From the IMG/VR virus record IMGVR_UViG_3300029024_000001: a stretch of 64,000 nucleotides of DNA. One strand, written 5' to 3'. This DNA comes from a virus. Both the position numbers and the translations under genes were made by a program. This document shows, one piece after another, positions 1-8,383 of this stretch (position 1 is its first letter; the number at the start of each line of letters is the position of its first letter). Below the pieces are notes generated by a model, which was not told where the DNA came from, did no database searches, and worked only from the letters and a program-made list of their open reading frames with translations.

Positions 1-1
1 A

Positions 2-3000
2 TATTATGGTGCTCCTTTGTCAGACAAAGATGGATTATCTTATTTCAAGGGCCATTCTTATGGAGGAGTAGATACTTCTACCGTATTTTGCCAACAACCT
101 ATACGTCATTACCGGTTCCCGGATAATAAGCATATACCTTTTATGAACAGTGATGAACGTGGATATGACATAGCTTCTGAAATATATCCGGTAGGTATTA
201 TGGTAGATGAGAACACCATACAAGTGTTTTTGGATTTTGCGGTGGATTCTGGTTTGATTACGCAACAACAAAGAGATACGATTGTAGGATATGAACTGTA
301 TCGTGGAGATAGGAGGCTAAATAGGTCAGTTGTGGCTTCAGGATTAGCCTATGATATGCTTAGATACATAGGAGACGATGGTAATGTAAATATCTATCCT
401 AATTACCCATATAATGACCTATCACAAGATCAATATAATTATACGTCTGGCAAAAGAGACGAGTTTATATCCCATCCTTTCGACAAAGGAGGAAACGTGT
501 GGTATTCATTCTGTTCGCCTGATATTTATTTCAACAAGCCCGAACTTCCAAATGAAGTATGTATAGACGGGTTTCAAAGAGGAATGTCTGTGGGCAGTTT
601 CGTACCTGTCGAAGATCATCCAAAATGGACTATCTTAGGTCCTGCCGCATACACGATGGCTGCGTCACTTGCCGCAGTTGAATCAAGTGCCACAATAGCC
701 GCTATGATAGCAGAAGAGCTTCAGATAAGGGCGCAGTCTGGATACATAGGAGGGTCGGCTGGTCTTACCGGAGGAGGATTCCTAACGAATTTAAGTGTGG
801 CTATGCTGTTTTCTTCAATGGTGTCAACCATCAGTCAAACTCTTGCTAAGGGACCAATATTGTACGGTAAGTACCGTTATGATTGGCTTAATACGTTTAT
901 AAACAATGGACCAAGACGTAATCATGCATGGTATTATACTTCTGTAGGATTATATAATTCAATGATAGGTGTAACAGACCAGGATAAGTATGAACGAAAT
1001 TTTGCTCGTGGTTTATCTTCTGTTAAGTACATGAAGTCCGGTGTATATCCTATGATGGATGCCAGTATGTCATCTAAATGGGGAACCGGTAAAAACGATA
1101 ATGAGGGACGATTCTTATTTGTTAATAATATAGATCGTGAATCTTCGTTATTTTTATCATTTGGTGATCCAGGTGAAAAGGGAGATGGTAAATCGAAATA
1201 TTTATTGGAATATCCGAACTATGTCTACAACTACGACAGTAGCCGTATAGATGATTCGGTTATTGCTGGAAGAGATGTTGTAGCAGGAAGAACATTCGAG
1301 CAATCCAAATCAGTTTCATACATCTGTTCTCCGTATATGAGGCTTATGCGATATAGGCCGGATCAATATGGTCAAATAGAAGATATAAAATGGATTTCCA
1401 TAGGTGGATGTGGATTTTTCACTAATGAAAAGAAACTGATGTTCGGTGGCGATACGGTGATAACCAGGTTTTCGTTAAAGAGAAAATTCCCTATTTTTTA
1501 TAATAGCGCTTTTGGTATTGGAGATATGATACCTTTCCCTTATATGGATTATAGAAATGTCGGATATCCTCGGTATTTTGTCAATTACGACACCGGGGAA
1601 GACGCTCTGGAGGTTACGGACAACGAACGTTTTAACAGTTGGACATCTTCTAATAAAGGACGATATCAGTTCTATCCTAATAGAAAAAGCTTATATGAGC
1701 TAAATGGTGATACGGCCGGCAAGTACGTTGATGGAAGATTTTACACATGGTTTTATGGTATTCCTCAATTCCTTGTAGAGTCTGAAATAAATTGTAATTT
1801 CAGATTAGAGGGACCTCAGCCCCATGAATTATTCTACCCAAAAGTAGGAGATTTTGTTTGGTGGACGCAGGAGAAGAACGTGTCTATACATAGGGATAAT
1901 GATTACAAGATAAGTCCTATCTACTCATCAAGAATGACGTTGACGCCTAATGTATTGCCGGCAACATACGAACGTCGTTTTTATGATTGTGCTTACCAGC
2001 GACCTAATGGTGTTATATGGAGTAGGGCTGACGTATCTGAAAACAGTCAAACAGATCCGTGGCTAACGTACAAGCCTATGGACTATCATGAGTTCCCAAC
2101 CGGTAATGGGAAACTTATTCACATGAAGCGTATTGAATCTGATCAGATTCTTGTCAGGTTCGAGGACCAGGTTTCGCTCCATAACGCCATAGACGTAATC
2201 AAGGAGCGCACCGCCCCAGGGCAGGCTGAGATGGGCACCGGCGGTCTGTTCGCGTCCCGGCCTCTGGAGTACAACACGACCGACCTCGGTTATTCTGGAA
2301 CCCAGAGCACTGAAATAATTAGTTCAGAATTTGGTCATTTCTGGGTAGACACTAAAAGAGCACAGGTGTTTATGACCGATCCGAACGGGCGAAATCTCAA
2401 GGAACTTAGCGTAGGTATCAGACATTGGCTTAAGCGTCATCTTCCGTTTAAGATCCTTAGATACGGAATAACTAATATCTTAACTGGTACTGAGATAACA
2501 GAAGAAGATACGGATAATAAATTTATCGGTCTTGGTCTGTCTCTTGGGTGGGATAATAGGTATAAGAGGGTACTTATCACGAAAAAAGATTATATACCTG
2601 TTAAGAACCCGGCATATTATAAATATGATGGTGGAAAGTTCTTGTATAATGAAACAGAGGTGTTGTCAAACGATAAGGAAATATCCTTAAAAGACGAACA
2701 GTATTTCAAGGATGTGTCGTTCACTATCGGATATTCGTGTCTGAAGCAAGAATGGATATCGTATTACTCATTCTGCCCTGACTATTATATAGAGCAGCAG
2801 CAATATTTCCAGACAGGGATAAACTTCCCGGCGTCAGATGAAGAAGGTGGTTTATGGAGCCATTTGCTGACGAATAAGAGCTTCCAAACATTTTATGGAA
2901 CAACATATCCATTTATATTAGAAGTTCCGATAAAAGAGAAATATAATGGCTCTACGCTGGCTTCTGTAGAATACGAGCTTGATGCAAGGAAATACGTCGA

Positions 3001-3421
3001 TGATGTGAATTACACACTTGACAGAAAAGTGGGTTTGGATACGATAACTATCTACAACGACACAAATAACTCAGGCGAGATCCATCTTGTCCCTGAAGAA
3101 AAAAATAATCTTATGCAGCGAGTGCTGTATCCAAAGGTGGAAGGTAATTATACTGAGGTCTTGGATACTGAAGTTTATAGAAGGCATAAGTTGAATGATT
3201 TCTTTAACCGAGTTGATGATGATAGGTCGGGAACTCCAATATGGATAAAGGATGATAACGATATAAATAAGTCGGTTAATCCTGATGCTCTTAATTTTAG
3301 ACGGTCATGGTTGGATAGGCTGAGAGGAAGCTGGATGCTTATGAGGATAAAAAAAGTTATCAGCAACAGGAAGATTATATTCCAGTGGTTAATTTCGGAA
3401 GATAAGATTAAGAATAGATGA
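2..3421 (+). CDS. Large virion or tail-associated structural protein. The N-terminus is cut off by the window edge.
   Basis: The frame is open back to base 2 with no upstream stop. The tool start at 17 is TTG. The product is at least 1134 aa. It heads a plus-strand block of giant ORFs, and a hairpin plus T-run follows at 3429-3475. Confidence 0.6.
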   Translation, partial: YYGAPLSDKDGLSYFKGHSYGGVDTSTVFCQQPIRHYRFPDNKHIPFMNSDERGYDIASEIYPVGIMVDENTIQVFLDFAVDSGLITQQQRDTIVGYELYRGDRRLNRSVVASGLAYDMLRYIGDDGNVNIYPNYPYNDLSQDQYNYTSGKRDEFISHPFDKGGNVWYSFCSPDIYFNKPELPNEVCIDGFQRGMSVGSFVPVEDHPKWTILGPAAYTMAASLAAVESSATIAAMIAEELQIRAQSGYIGGSAGLTGGGFLTNLSVAMLFSSMVSTISQTLAKGPILYGKYRYDWLNTFINNGPRRNHAWYYTSVGLYNSMIGVTDQDKYERNFARGLSSVKYMKSGVYPMMDASMSSKWGTGKNDNEGRFLFVNNIDRESSLFLSFGDPGEKGDGKSKYLLEYPNYVYNYDSSRIDDSVIAGRDVVAGRTFEQSKSVSYICSPYMRLMRYRPDQYGQIEDIKWISIGGCGFFTNEKKLMFGGDTVITRFSLKRKFPIFYNSAFGIGDMIPFPYMDYRNVGYPRYFVNYDTGEDALEVTDNERFNSWTSSNKGRYQFYPNRKSLYELNGDTAGKYVDGRFYTWFYGIPQFLVESEINCNFRLEGPQPHELFYPKVGDFVWWTQEKNVSIHRDNDYKISPIYSSRMTLTPNVLPATYERRFYDCAYQRPNGVIWSRADVSENSQTDPWLTYKPMDYHEFPTGNGKLIHMKRIESDQILVRFEDQVSLHNAIDVIKERTAPGQAEMGTGGLFASRPLEYNTTDLGYSGTQSTEIISSEFGHFWVDTKRAQVFMTDPNGRNLKELSVGIRHWLKRHLPFKILRYGITNILTGTEITEEDTDNKFIGLGLSLGWDNRYKRVLITKKDYIPVKNPAYYKYDGGKFLYNETEVLSNDKEISLKDEQYFKDVSFTIGYSCLKQEWISYYSFCPDYYIEQQQYFQTGINFPASDEEGGLWSHLLTNKSFQTFYGTTYPFILEVPIKEKYNGSTLASVEYELDARKYVDDVNYTLDRKVGLDTITIYNDTNNSGEIHLVPEEKNNLMQRVLYPKVEGNYTEVLDTEVYRRHKLNDFFNRVDDDRSGTPIWIKDDNDINKSVNPDALNFRRSWLDRLRGSWMLMRIKKVISNRKIIFQWLISEDKIKNR

Positions 3422-3428
3422 TAACTCA

Positions 3429-3475
3429 TTACCCGATAGCTTACTAAGAATAATGCCATCGGGTAATTTATATAA
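3429..3475 (+). terminator. Candidate intrinsic terminator after giant ORF 1
   Basis: A 9-bp stem ttacccgat/atcgggtaa (3429-3437 / 3458-3466) is followed by tttatat. The loop is long, about 20 nt. Confidence 0.4.
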
Positions 3476-3486
3476 AACAGATTGCT

Positions 3487-3885
3487 ATGAAACAGGTATC
3501 GTATAAAAATGACATATATCCTTACAATATAAGGGTATTGCTTGGGGCAGATGAAGAGTATATAGTTAAGACGTTCGCCAACCTGGAAGTAGAAGATCAG
3601 AGCTGGGAGGGGTGGACTGATGATTATGGTGGCAGAACTATTTTCGTAGGAAACCGAACCAATCACAGGAAAGAAATATGTTTCTTGTTTCATTCACTGT
3701 CTAATATGGATGTTAGAACCATAGGACACGAATGTCTGCACGGTCTTTCCCTTTATTGTAAGTATCTTAATATTAACTACAGTTTTGACGCCGGAGAAGA
3801 TGAGCACGCTGCCTATCTAATGGGATGGTTGGTTGACAAGGTTTGTGATGCTTACCACAAATTTAAGAAGGAGGAAGAAAAATGA
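3487..3885 (+). CDS. Small HExxH zincin-like protein, putative metallopeptidase, paralog 1
   Basis: It carries a HECLH motif and a downstream GEDEHAAYLMGW segment, with Glu as a possible third zinc ligand. It is a clear paralog of the next ORF. Confidence 0.55.
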   Translation: MKQVSYKNDIYPYNIRVLLGADEEYIVKTFANLEVEDQSWEGWTDDYGGRTIFVGNRTNHRKEICFLFHSLSNMDVRTIGHECLHGLSLYCKYLNINYSFDAGEDEHAAYLMGWLVDKVCDAYHKFKKEEEK

Positions 3886-4301
3886 AAGAAAAAGAATTTG
3901 ATTTTGTGATATATCCACTAAAGTTGATTATCACCATAGGGTTAGATTACAAAACATTGTGTGATCGTTTTGAGAATGCAGAATTGGATCATGAAGGAGA
4001 ATGGGGAGATGAAGGCGATTTAGATTCAGAAGTCTCTTTTATGAATCTTGTTCGTGATAAGGGAGATGATAGAGCTTTTAAGTTATTATGGAATTTTCAA
4101 AGTGAGAATGATATGACTATACAAAACATATGTCATGAATCATTTCATGCAGCTATGTCGGTATGCCAACATTGTAATATGTCTCTTGGCTTTAAGGTGG
4201 GAGAAGATGAACACGCAGCTTACATAGCCGGATTTGTTGGTAATTGCGCAGGTGAAATGTTTGGATTCTTAGAGGAAGAAAAAAATGGCAAAGAAGAATA
4301 A
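3882..4301 (+). CDS. Small HExxH zincin-like protein, putative metallopeptidase, paralog 2
   Basis: It carries a HESFH motif and GEDEHAAYIAGF, matching paralog 1. Its start makes an ATGA overlap with the previous stop. Confidence 0.55.
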   Translation: MKEKEFDFVIYPLKLIITIGLDYKTLCDRFENAELDHEGEWGDEGDLDSEVSFMNLVRDKGDDRAFKLLWNFQSENDMTIQNICHESFHAAMSVCQHCNMSLGFKVGEDEHAAYIAGFVGNCAGEMFGFLEEEKNGKEE

Positions 4302-6540
4302 ATCAGATTGGAAACCCTCAGAAAATATACTAAAATATTTGAAATCGTGGGAAAAGTTTGAGCCTGAATTATATGACGACAAGAAGGGGAATATAACAAT
4401 CGGGTACGGATTTCATCTTCCTCATCTTCTTAAAAAATACAAGAATGGTATAACAGTAGAAGAGGCCGATAAGGAATTTGAAGGTGTAGTTAATACGTTT
4501 GTTCCGGAATTTATACGAAGAACTCCTAATTTCAAAAATCTAAACAATAATCAGAGAGATGCTTTGTTTAGCTTGTTTTACAATACAGGAGGACCAGAGT
4601 ATTCTAAAAGCCCGATGCTTTTCAAATACCTTAAAGAAGGTGATTATGATAAGGCGGTGAAAGAAATAAATCACAATGAAAACGAGAAAGGTATGGGCGG
4701 CCAGAAGAAGCGCCGTGCCTTCGAGCGCCGGGTGTTCTCTACGCCGACAGACCAGCCCTGGACGGTGGATGATGACAGTAACTATGTCCTGATTGAAGAC
4801 AAGCCTGTAGAGAACGAATCTATAGAAAAAGATACTAATGATTCAAAGTATGAAGACGCTCGTCATGTAGCCGCAAAATACGGTGATACAGGTTATGTAG
4901 GTAGAGGATATGACGGAGATAAGGTCAGGGTGTCTGATTCGAATATAAAATCAGTTGGTATATCCAATAACGCTGATCCTGATAAGTGGTATGAATCCGT
5001 TAATCCAATATTAGACACTGATCCTATTAGTTTAATAGCCGATTTTATTCCTACTGTGAAACGAATGTTGGATCCTAATAGGGAGCGATCAGGGGAAGAT
5101 ACAGCCACAGATTTTGAAGAAAAAATGTGGAAGGCTTACACTGATGGAGATATAAGTAGATTACCGGCGAGCAAGTATCGTTTTGATGACGATGATGATG
5201 ATGCTCAGTATGTAGGATTGCCTCAAGAACAAGCTATTTTGATACAATCTTTATTAGATAAAGAGTATATGAACAACATGCTTGATGAGGCATATAAGGA
5301 CGCTGATGAAAAAAGTAAACGAAAAATAAGAGATTATAAGAAGGTCCTTGATAAACTAAATAAAAATATATTTGAAAATCCAGGAAAATGGATTTTAGTA
5401 AATGAAGGTGTAAGTCCATTTAGAGAAGAGGTATATGGTGACAATTTTGAAAAAGTAAACGAAGCTTCCGGATTAGGTGCGTTGAAGAATTTCAGTGTAA
5501 GATGGGATCCGGATGCTGGTATGTTGGATGTGAAGGATGATTATGATTTTAGCCGAAAAAAGATAGCGGAAGACATCATACCGGAAAGGGATGTTCCTCT
5601 TAGAATAAGGGAACGCATCAAATACGATCCTAAGAAAGGTAGTGTTCTTCGAAATAATGACAAGGCTTTACCTAAAAGGTTTGTAAGGAAATACGAAGAA
5701 GGTGGTGTTGTAAATAAACAACGTGAAGCATACGAATACTTTACTAATAAGCGCGGCATGTCCAAGATACAGGCGCTTGCTATCATAGGTAATCTCATGG
5801 CTGAATCCGGTCTTAAAGATGACATATACGGAGACAACAGAACATCATACGGCATACAGCAATGGCATAATGAGCGTATGGATAAGCTATTCAAGCACGC
5901 CAAAAAGAAAGGTCATTCTACACCAACATTCAAAGACCAACTTGAGTTTTTAGCTGATGAATACGAAGGGAAAACCGGATATTCTAATTTCTTATACACA
6001 AGAAAAGGAAAAGAAGGACCAGGGTATTACAACTACAGCCGGCAGGACTTTATGAACGCCGATAACCTGAAAGATGCTGTAGTAGCTTGGAACCAAGGAG
6101 CAGGACGTCCTCATAAGAGTGTTATAAGAAACGATGACCGTTATAATTATGCTATGGAGGTTGCTAAAAATCTTGGTTTGGAAATTGAAGAAAATTCCGT
6201 ATCTTCGTATGGTCAAATGGGATTCGGAGATGATGCTGAAATAGCAGCATCGGTAACACTTCCAGAGGTAGAAGTGGCAGCCGCCCTTCCTAACCCGGAA
6301 GTCCCGTCCCAGGAGAGACAGTCCGAGGAAGAGAGATTCCGTACATGGACTGAAACGTATGGTAAGGACATCATAAATCATTTACTGACGTTAGACGGGA
6401 AAAAGGATGGTGATGACAGTGATTACAGCATGATGTATAAACAGCATGAAAAAGAAAGCGAAGAGGATAAGAAAATGGCTTTGATTAATGCCGTGCTTCC
6501 CAATATTCAGCTTCGCATTAAAGGCGTCACCGATAATTAG
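4285..6540 (+). CDS. Virion-associated peptidoglycan hydrolase with two lytic domains: an N-terminal GH24 lysozyme-like domain and a tail-tip-lysozyme-like domain
   Basis: The N-terminus reads ITIGYGFH...QRDALFSLFYNTGG, which resembles the T4 lysozyme YTIGIGH...RRCALINMVFQMGETG. Residues around 490-620 read ALAIIGNLMAESGL...YGIQQWHNERMDKL...QLEFLADEYEG, which resembles the phage tail-tip lysozyme family. Confidence 0.65.
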   Translation: MAKKNKSDWKPSENILKYLKSWEKFEPELYDDKKGNITIGYGFHLPHLLKKYKNGITVEEADKEFEGVVNTFVPEFIRRTPNFKNLNNNQRDALFSLFYNTGGPEYSKSPMLFKYLKEGDYDKAVKEINHNENEKGMGGQKKRRAFERRVFSTPTDQPWTVDDDSNYVLIEDKPVENESIEKDTNDSKYEDARHVAAKYGDTGYVGRGYDGDKVRVSDSNIKSVGISNNADPDKWYESVNPILDTDPISLIADFIPTVKRMLDPNRERSGEDTATDFEEKMWKAYTDGDISRLPASKYRFDDDDDDAQYVGLPQEQAILIQSLLDKEYMNNMLDEAYKDADEKSKRKIRDYKKVLDKLNKNIFENPGKWILVNEGVSPFREEVYGDNFEKVNEASGLGALKNFSVRWDPDAGMLDVKDDYDFSRKKIAEDIIPERDVPLRIRERIKYDPKKGSVLRNNDKALPKRFVRKYEEGGVVNKQREAYEYFTNKRGMSKIQALAIIGNLMAESGLKDDIYGDNRTSYGIQQWHNERMDKLFKHAKKKGHSTPTFKDQLEFLADEYEGKTGYSNFLYTRKGKEGPGYYNYSRQDFMNADNLKDAVVAWNQGAGRPHKSVIRNDDRYNYAMEVAKNLGLEIEENSVSSYGQMGFGDDAEIAASVTLPEVEVAAALPNPEVPSQERQSEEERFRTWTETYGKDIINHLLTLDGKKDGDDSDYSMMYKQHEKESEEDKKMALINAVLPNIQLRIKGVTDN

Positions 6541-6803
6541 AACAATATTATTTTATTTCCTCATATTAATAAAGCGAAGCCGGATTTGAGACTCGTTACA
6601 CGGATACCGAAGGTTGAAGAACGTCATCAAGATAATCCGGCTTTTCTGTGCGATTTCGTGAAGGATGGAACTATCATCGCCTTTGTTTAACAGAACAGAC
6701 CTACGTACTTCCACTGTCCTGACAGGCATGGACGCCCGTCTCGCCTACCAGCCTGCCTAATTCTCCACTGGCTACCTAATATAATTATTAACGTCACTCC
6801 ATC

Positions 6804-6828
6804 ACCTATCTCCCTTCAGTCGATAGGT
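6804..6828 (+). repeat. Stem-loop H1: 7-bp stem with 11-nt loop TCCCTTCAGTC
   Basis: acctatc / gataggt flank the loop tcccttcagtc. It is the first of three hairpins with a conserved loop. Confidence 0.6.
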
Positions 6829-6861
6829 TCAGTCGTTTTTAAATATTATAAGTTTTTTCGC

Positions 6862-6882
6862 ATCGTTCCCTTCGGTCACGAT
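6862..6882 (+). repeat. Stem-loop H2: 5-bp stem with 11-nt loop TCCCTTCGGTC
   Basis: atcgt / acgat flank the loop tcccttcggtc. Confidence 0.55.
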
Positions 6883-6953
6883 ACTCAATCTTTTAACACA
6901 ATTAGGCAAACAATACAATAGACGAAAAAAGTAATTTGTCAATCCGTTCACTC

Positions 6954-6978
6954 ACTTAACTCCCTTCGGTCGTTAAGT
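6954..6978 (+). repeat. Stem-loop H3: 7-bp stem with 11-nt loop TCCCTTCGGTC
   Basis: acttaac / gttaagt flank the loop tcccttcggtc. The stem sequence differs from H1 and H2 while the loop is identical. Confidence 0.6.
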
Positions 6979-7201
6979 TCATTCACTGCAAACAATTATA
7001 TGAATAAATGGTAAAGTATATAAAATAATATAAATAATATAATGAGTAAGATCATTAAAAATGGTCTTAATATTAAGGAAAACGGAGACTATTTATAGGC
7101 GTAGTTTTAATTCAAGATTTGTTGTCCCACTCCTGACGGTCAGACGGTTACGTTCAGGGTCATTTTCCCGTCTCTTATCCAAACCGTCATAAAATAAAAA
7201 A

Positions 7202-7255
7202 CCTTGTATCCTATTTCTCTCAAACCGGATACAAGGCAGTGCATTTTCTTCTTTT
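7202..7255 (+). terminator. Intrinsic terminator-like hairpin
   Basis: A perfect 10-bp stem ccttgtatcc/ggatacaagg with a 15-nt loop is followed by a T-rich tract, cattttcttctttttat. Confidence 0.5.
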
Positions 7256-7267
7256 TATGTAAAATCA

Positions 7268-7275
7268 TATATTTG
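7268..7275 (+). promoter_or_regulatory. Bacteroidota sigma-A -7 element TATATTTG, matching the TAnnTTTG consensus
   Basis: It is an exact consensus match about 20 nt upstream of the ATG at 7296. Confidence 0.5.
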
Positions 7276-7295
7276 CACTAAAAAACAAAAACAAT

Positions 7296-8315
7296 ATGGA
7301 GACAAAAATAACTGAAATAATGAATCCTCACAAGTTACACGACAAGCTCTTCAAGAAAGAGCAGGTCTCTCCGATAGAAGTTATATACAATAGCTTCAGC
7401 AACTTAGGGTATAATGTAGTACGCCGTCCATCTGGTCAGTGTTTAGGCAATTTGAGATATTTTAATCTATTTTATGATAAGCATACTCATCATTTCTATC
7501 AGAAAGACAGGAAGTTGAGATATTGTAGCAACTTTCTCATATCTGATTACTGGAAAGATAGAGTGCGATGTTTCATAGTTTGGAACTTTGGATTTGGGAG
7601 ATTCTTTCCATATAATGACTTTATTGAAGCTATGGTTTATGACTATCTTCGATATGGGAGAAAGTCAGTTCCTTATCTTAAAAGCGTGCAAGAGGCTGAA
7701 GAAAAGTGTGTAAGGTTCTATATCCGGTCTCAGATAGACATGCTTCGTAAGGAAGGATATGCTGCATACCGGGCTAAGTTTAAGGAAGAACGTCCTCAGT
7801 ATTTCATCGGAGACGATAGGACGGTGTTTAGATGCCTTGACAGCTCTTTAAAAAGAGAAGAGAAGATTGCTGCATGCGTAGCCCACAAAAGGGCTTTAAA
7901 AGAAGGGATAATGACTTCCTTCATCAATCACCTTAAGAAACATCCTACCACTTTATATTCGTGGTTTTCATCAGAGGTAGATAGCGAAGGAAAGAATAGG
8001 CTCTGTCTATCTGAAAAGGCTGTTTCGTATTTGAATAAGAGACTGGTTCGCAATGGGTTAAAGTCTCTTTCTGCATCATATCTTTTTAGAACGTTTAGAA
8101 AAATGGTGAAGATCTTGTTCGGTTTCAATGTCAGGTCGTTCTTGAATAGCTGTCTGATGTCTGTTTCAACAGAAGAGGTTTTAACCAAATCTATGAAGAA
8201 AATAGTTTCCAAGACGGTGCTGTTTTTGTACAAGAGAGCGCTTAAGAACTATCGCCGGGCATGCGGTCTTAAGTACGACCCTGATTCGGGCGGTTTGTCT
8301 GCCGTACATGATTGA
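7296..8315 (+). CDS. Hypothetical basic, aromatic-rich protein forming an isolated transcription unit inside the structural block
   Basis: It is a 339-aa ORF with its own promoter. A 755-bp non-coding island lies upstream. I recognised no family motif. Confidence 0.55.
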   Translation: METKITEIMNPHKLHDKLFKKEQVSPIEVIYNSFSNLGYNVVRRPSGQCLGNLRYFNLFYDKHTHHFYQKDRKLRYCSNFLISDYWKDRVRCFIVWNFGFGRFFPYNDFIEAMVYDYLRYGRKSVPYLKSVQEAEEKCVRFYIRSQIDMLRKEGYAAYRAKFKEERPQYFIGDDRTVFRCLDSSLKREEKIAACVAHKRALKEGIMTSFINHLKKHPTTLYSWFSSEVDSEGKNRLCLSEKAVSYLNKRLVRNGLKSLSASYLFRTFRKMVKILFGFNVRSFLNSCLMSVSTEEVLTKSMKKIVSKTVLFLYKRALKNYRRACGLKYDPDSGGLSAVHD

Positions 8316-8361
8316 TTTTTAAACGTATCCCATAACGTTGGATTTTCTCGTTCGTTTCTCT

Positions 8362-8369
8362 TATCTTTG
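8362..8369 (+). promoter_or_regulatory. Bacteroidota -7 element TATCTTTG
   Basis: It matches TAnnTTTG and ends 14 nt before the ATG at 8384. It overlaps the GTG start proposed by the ORF track, which argues for the 8384 start. Confidence 0.45.
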
Positions 8370-8383
8370 TGAAAAAAGATAGT

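Noticed and set aside
6804-6978. The possibility that the three hairpins are a mini CRISPR array
   Set aside because: CRISPR repeats are identical direct repeats that include the stems. Here only the loops are identical, the stems differ, and the spacing is irregular at 56 and 95 nt. No cas gene is present.
7296-8315. Reverse-transcriptase-like fragments, PSGQ..LGNL and FIGDD, in the 339-aa protein. These would make the upstream structured region a retron-like ncRNA.
   Set aside because: The motifs are about 130 aa apart, whereas true RT motifs B and C are 30-40 aa apart. Motif A is absent.
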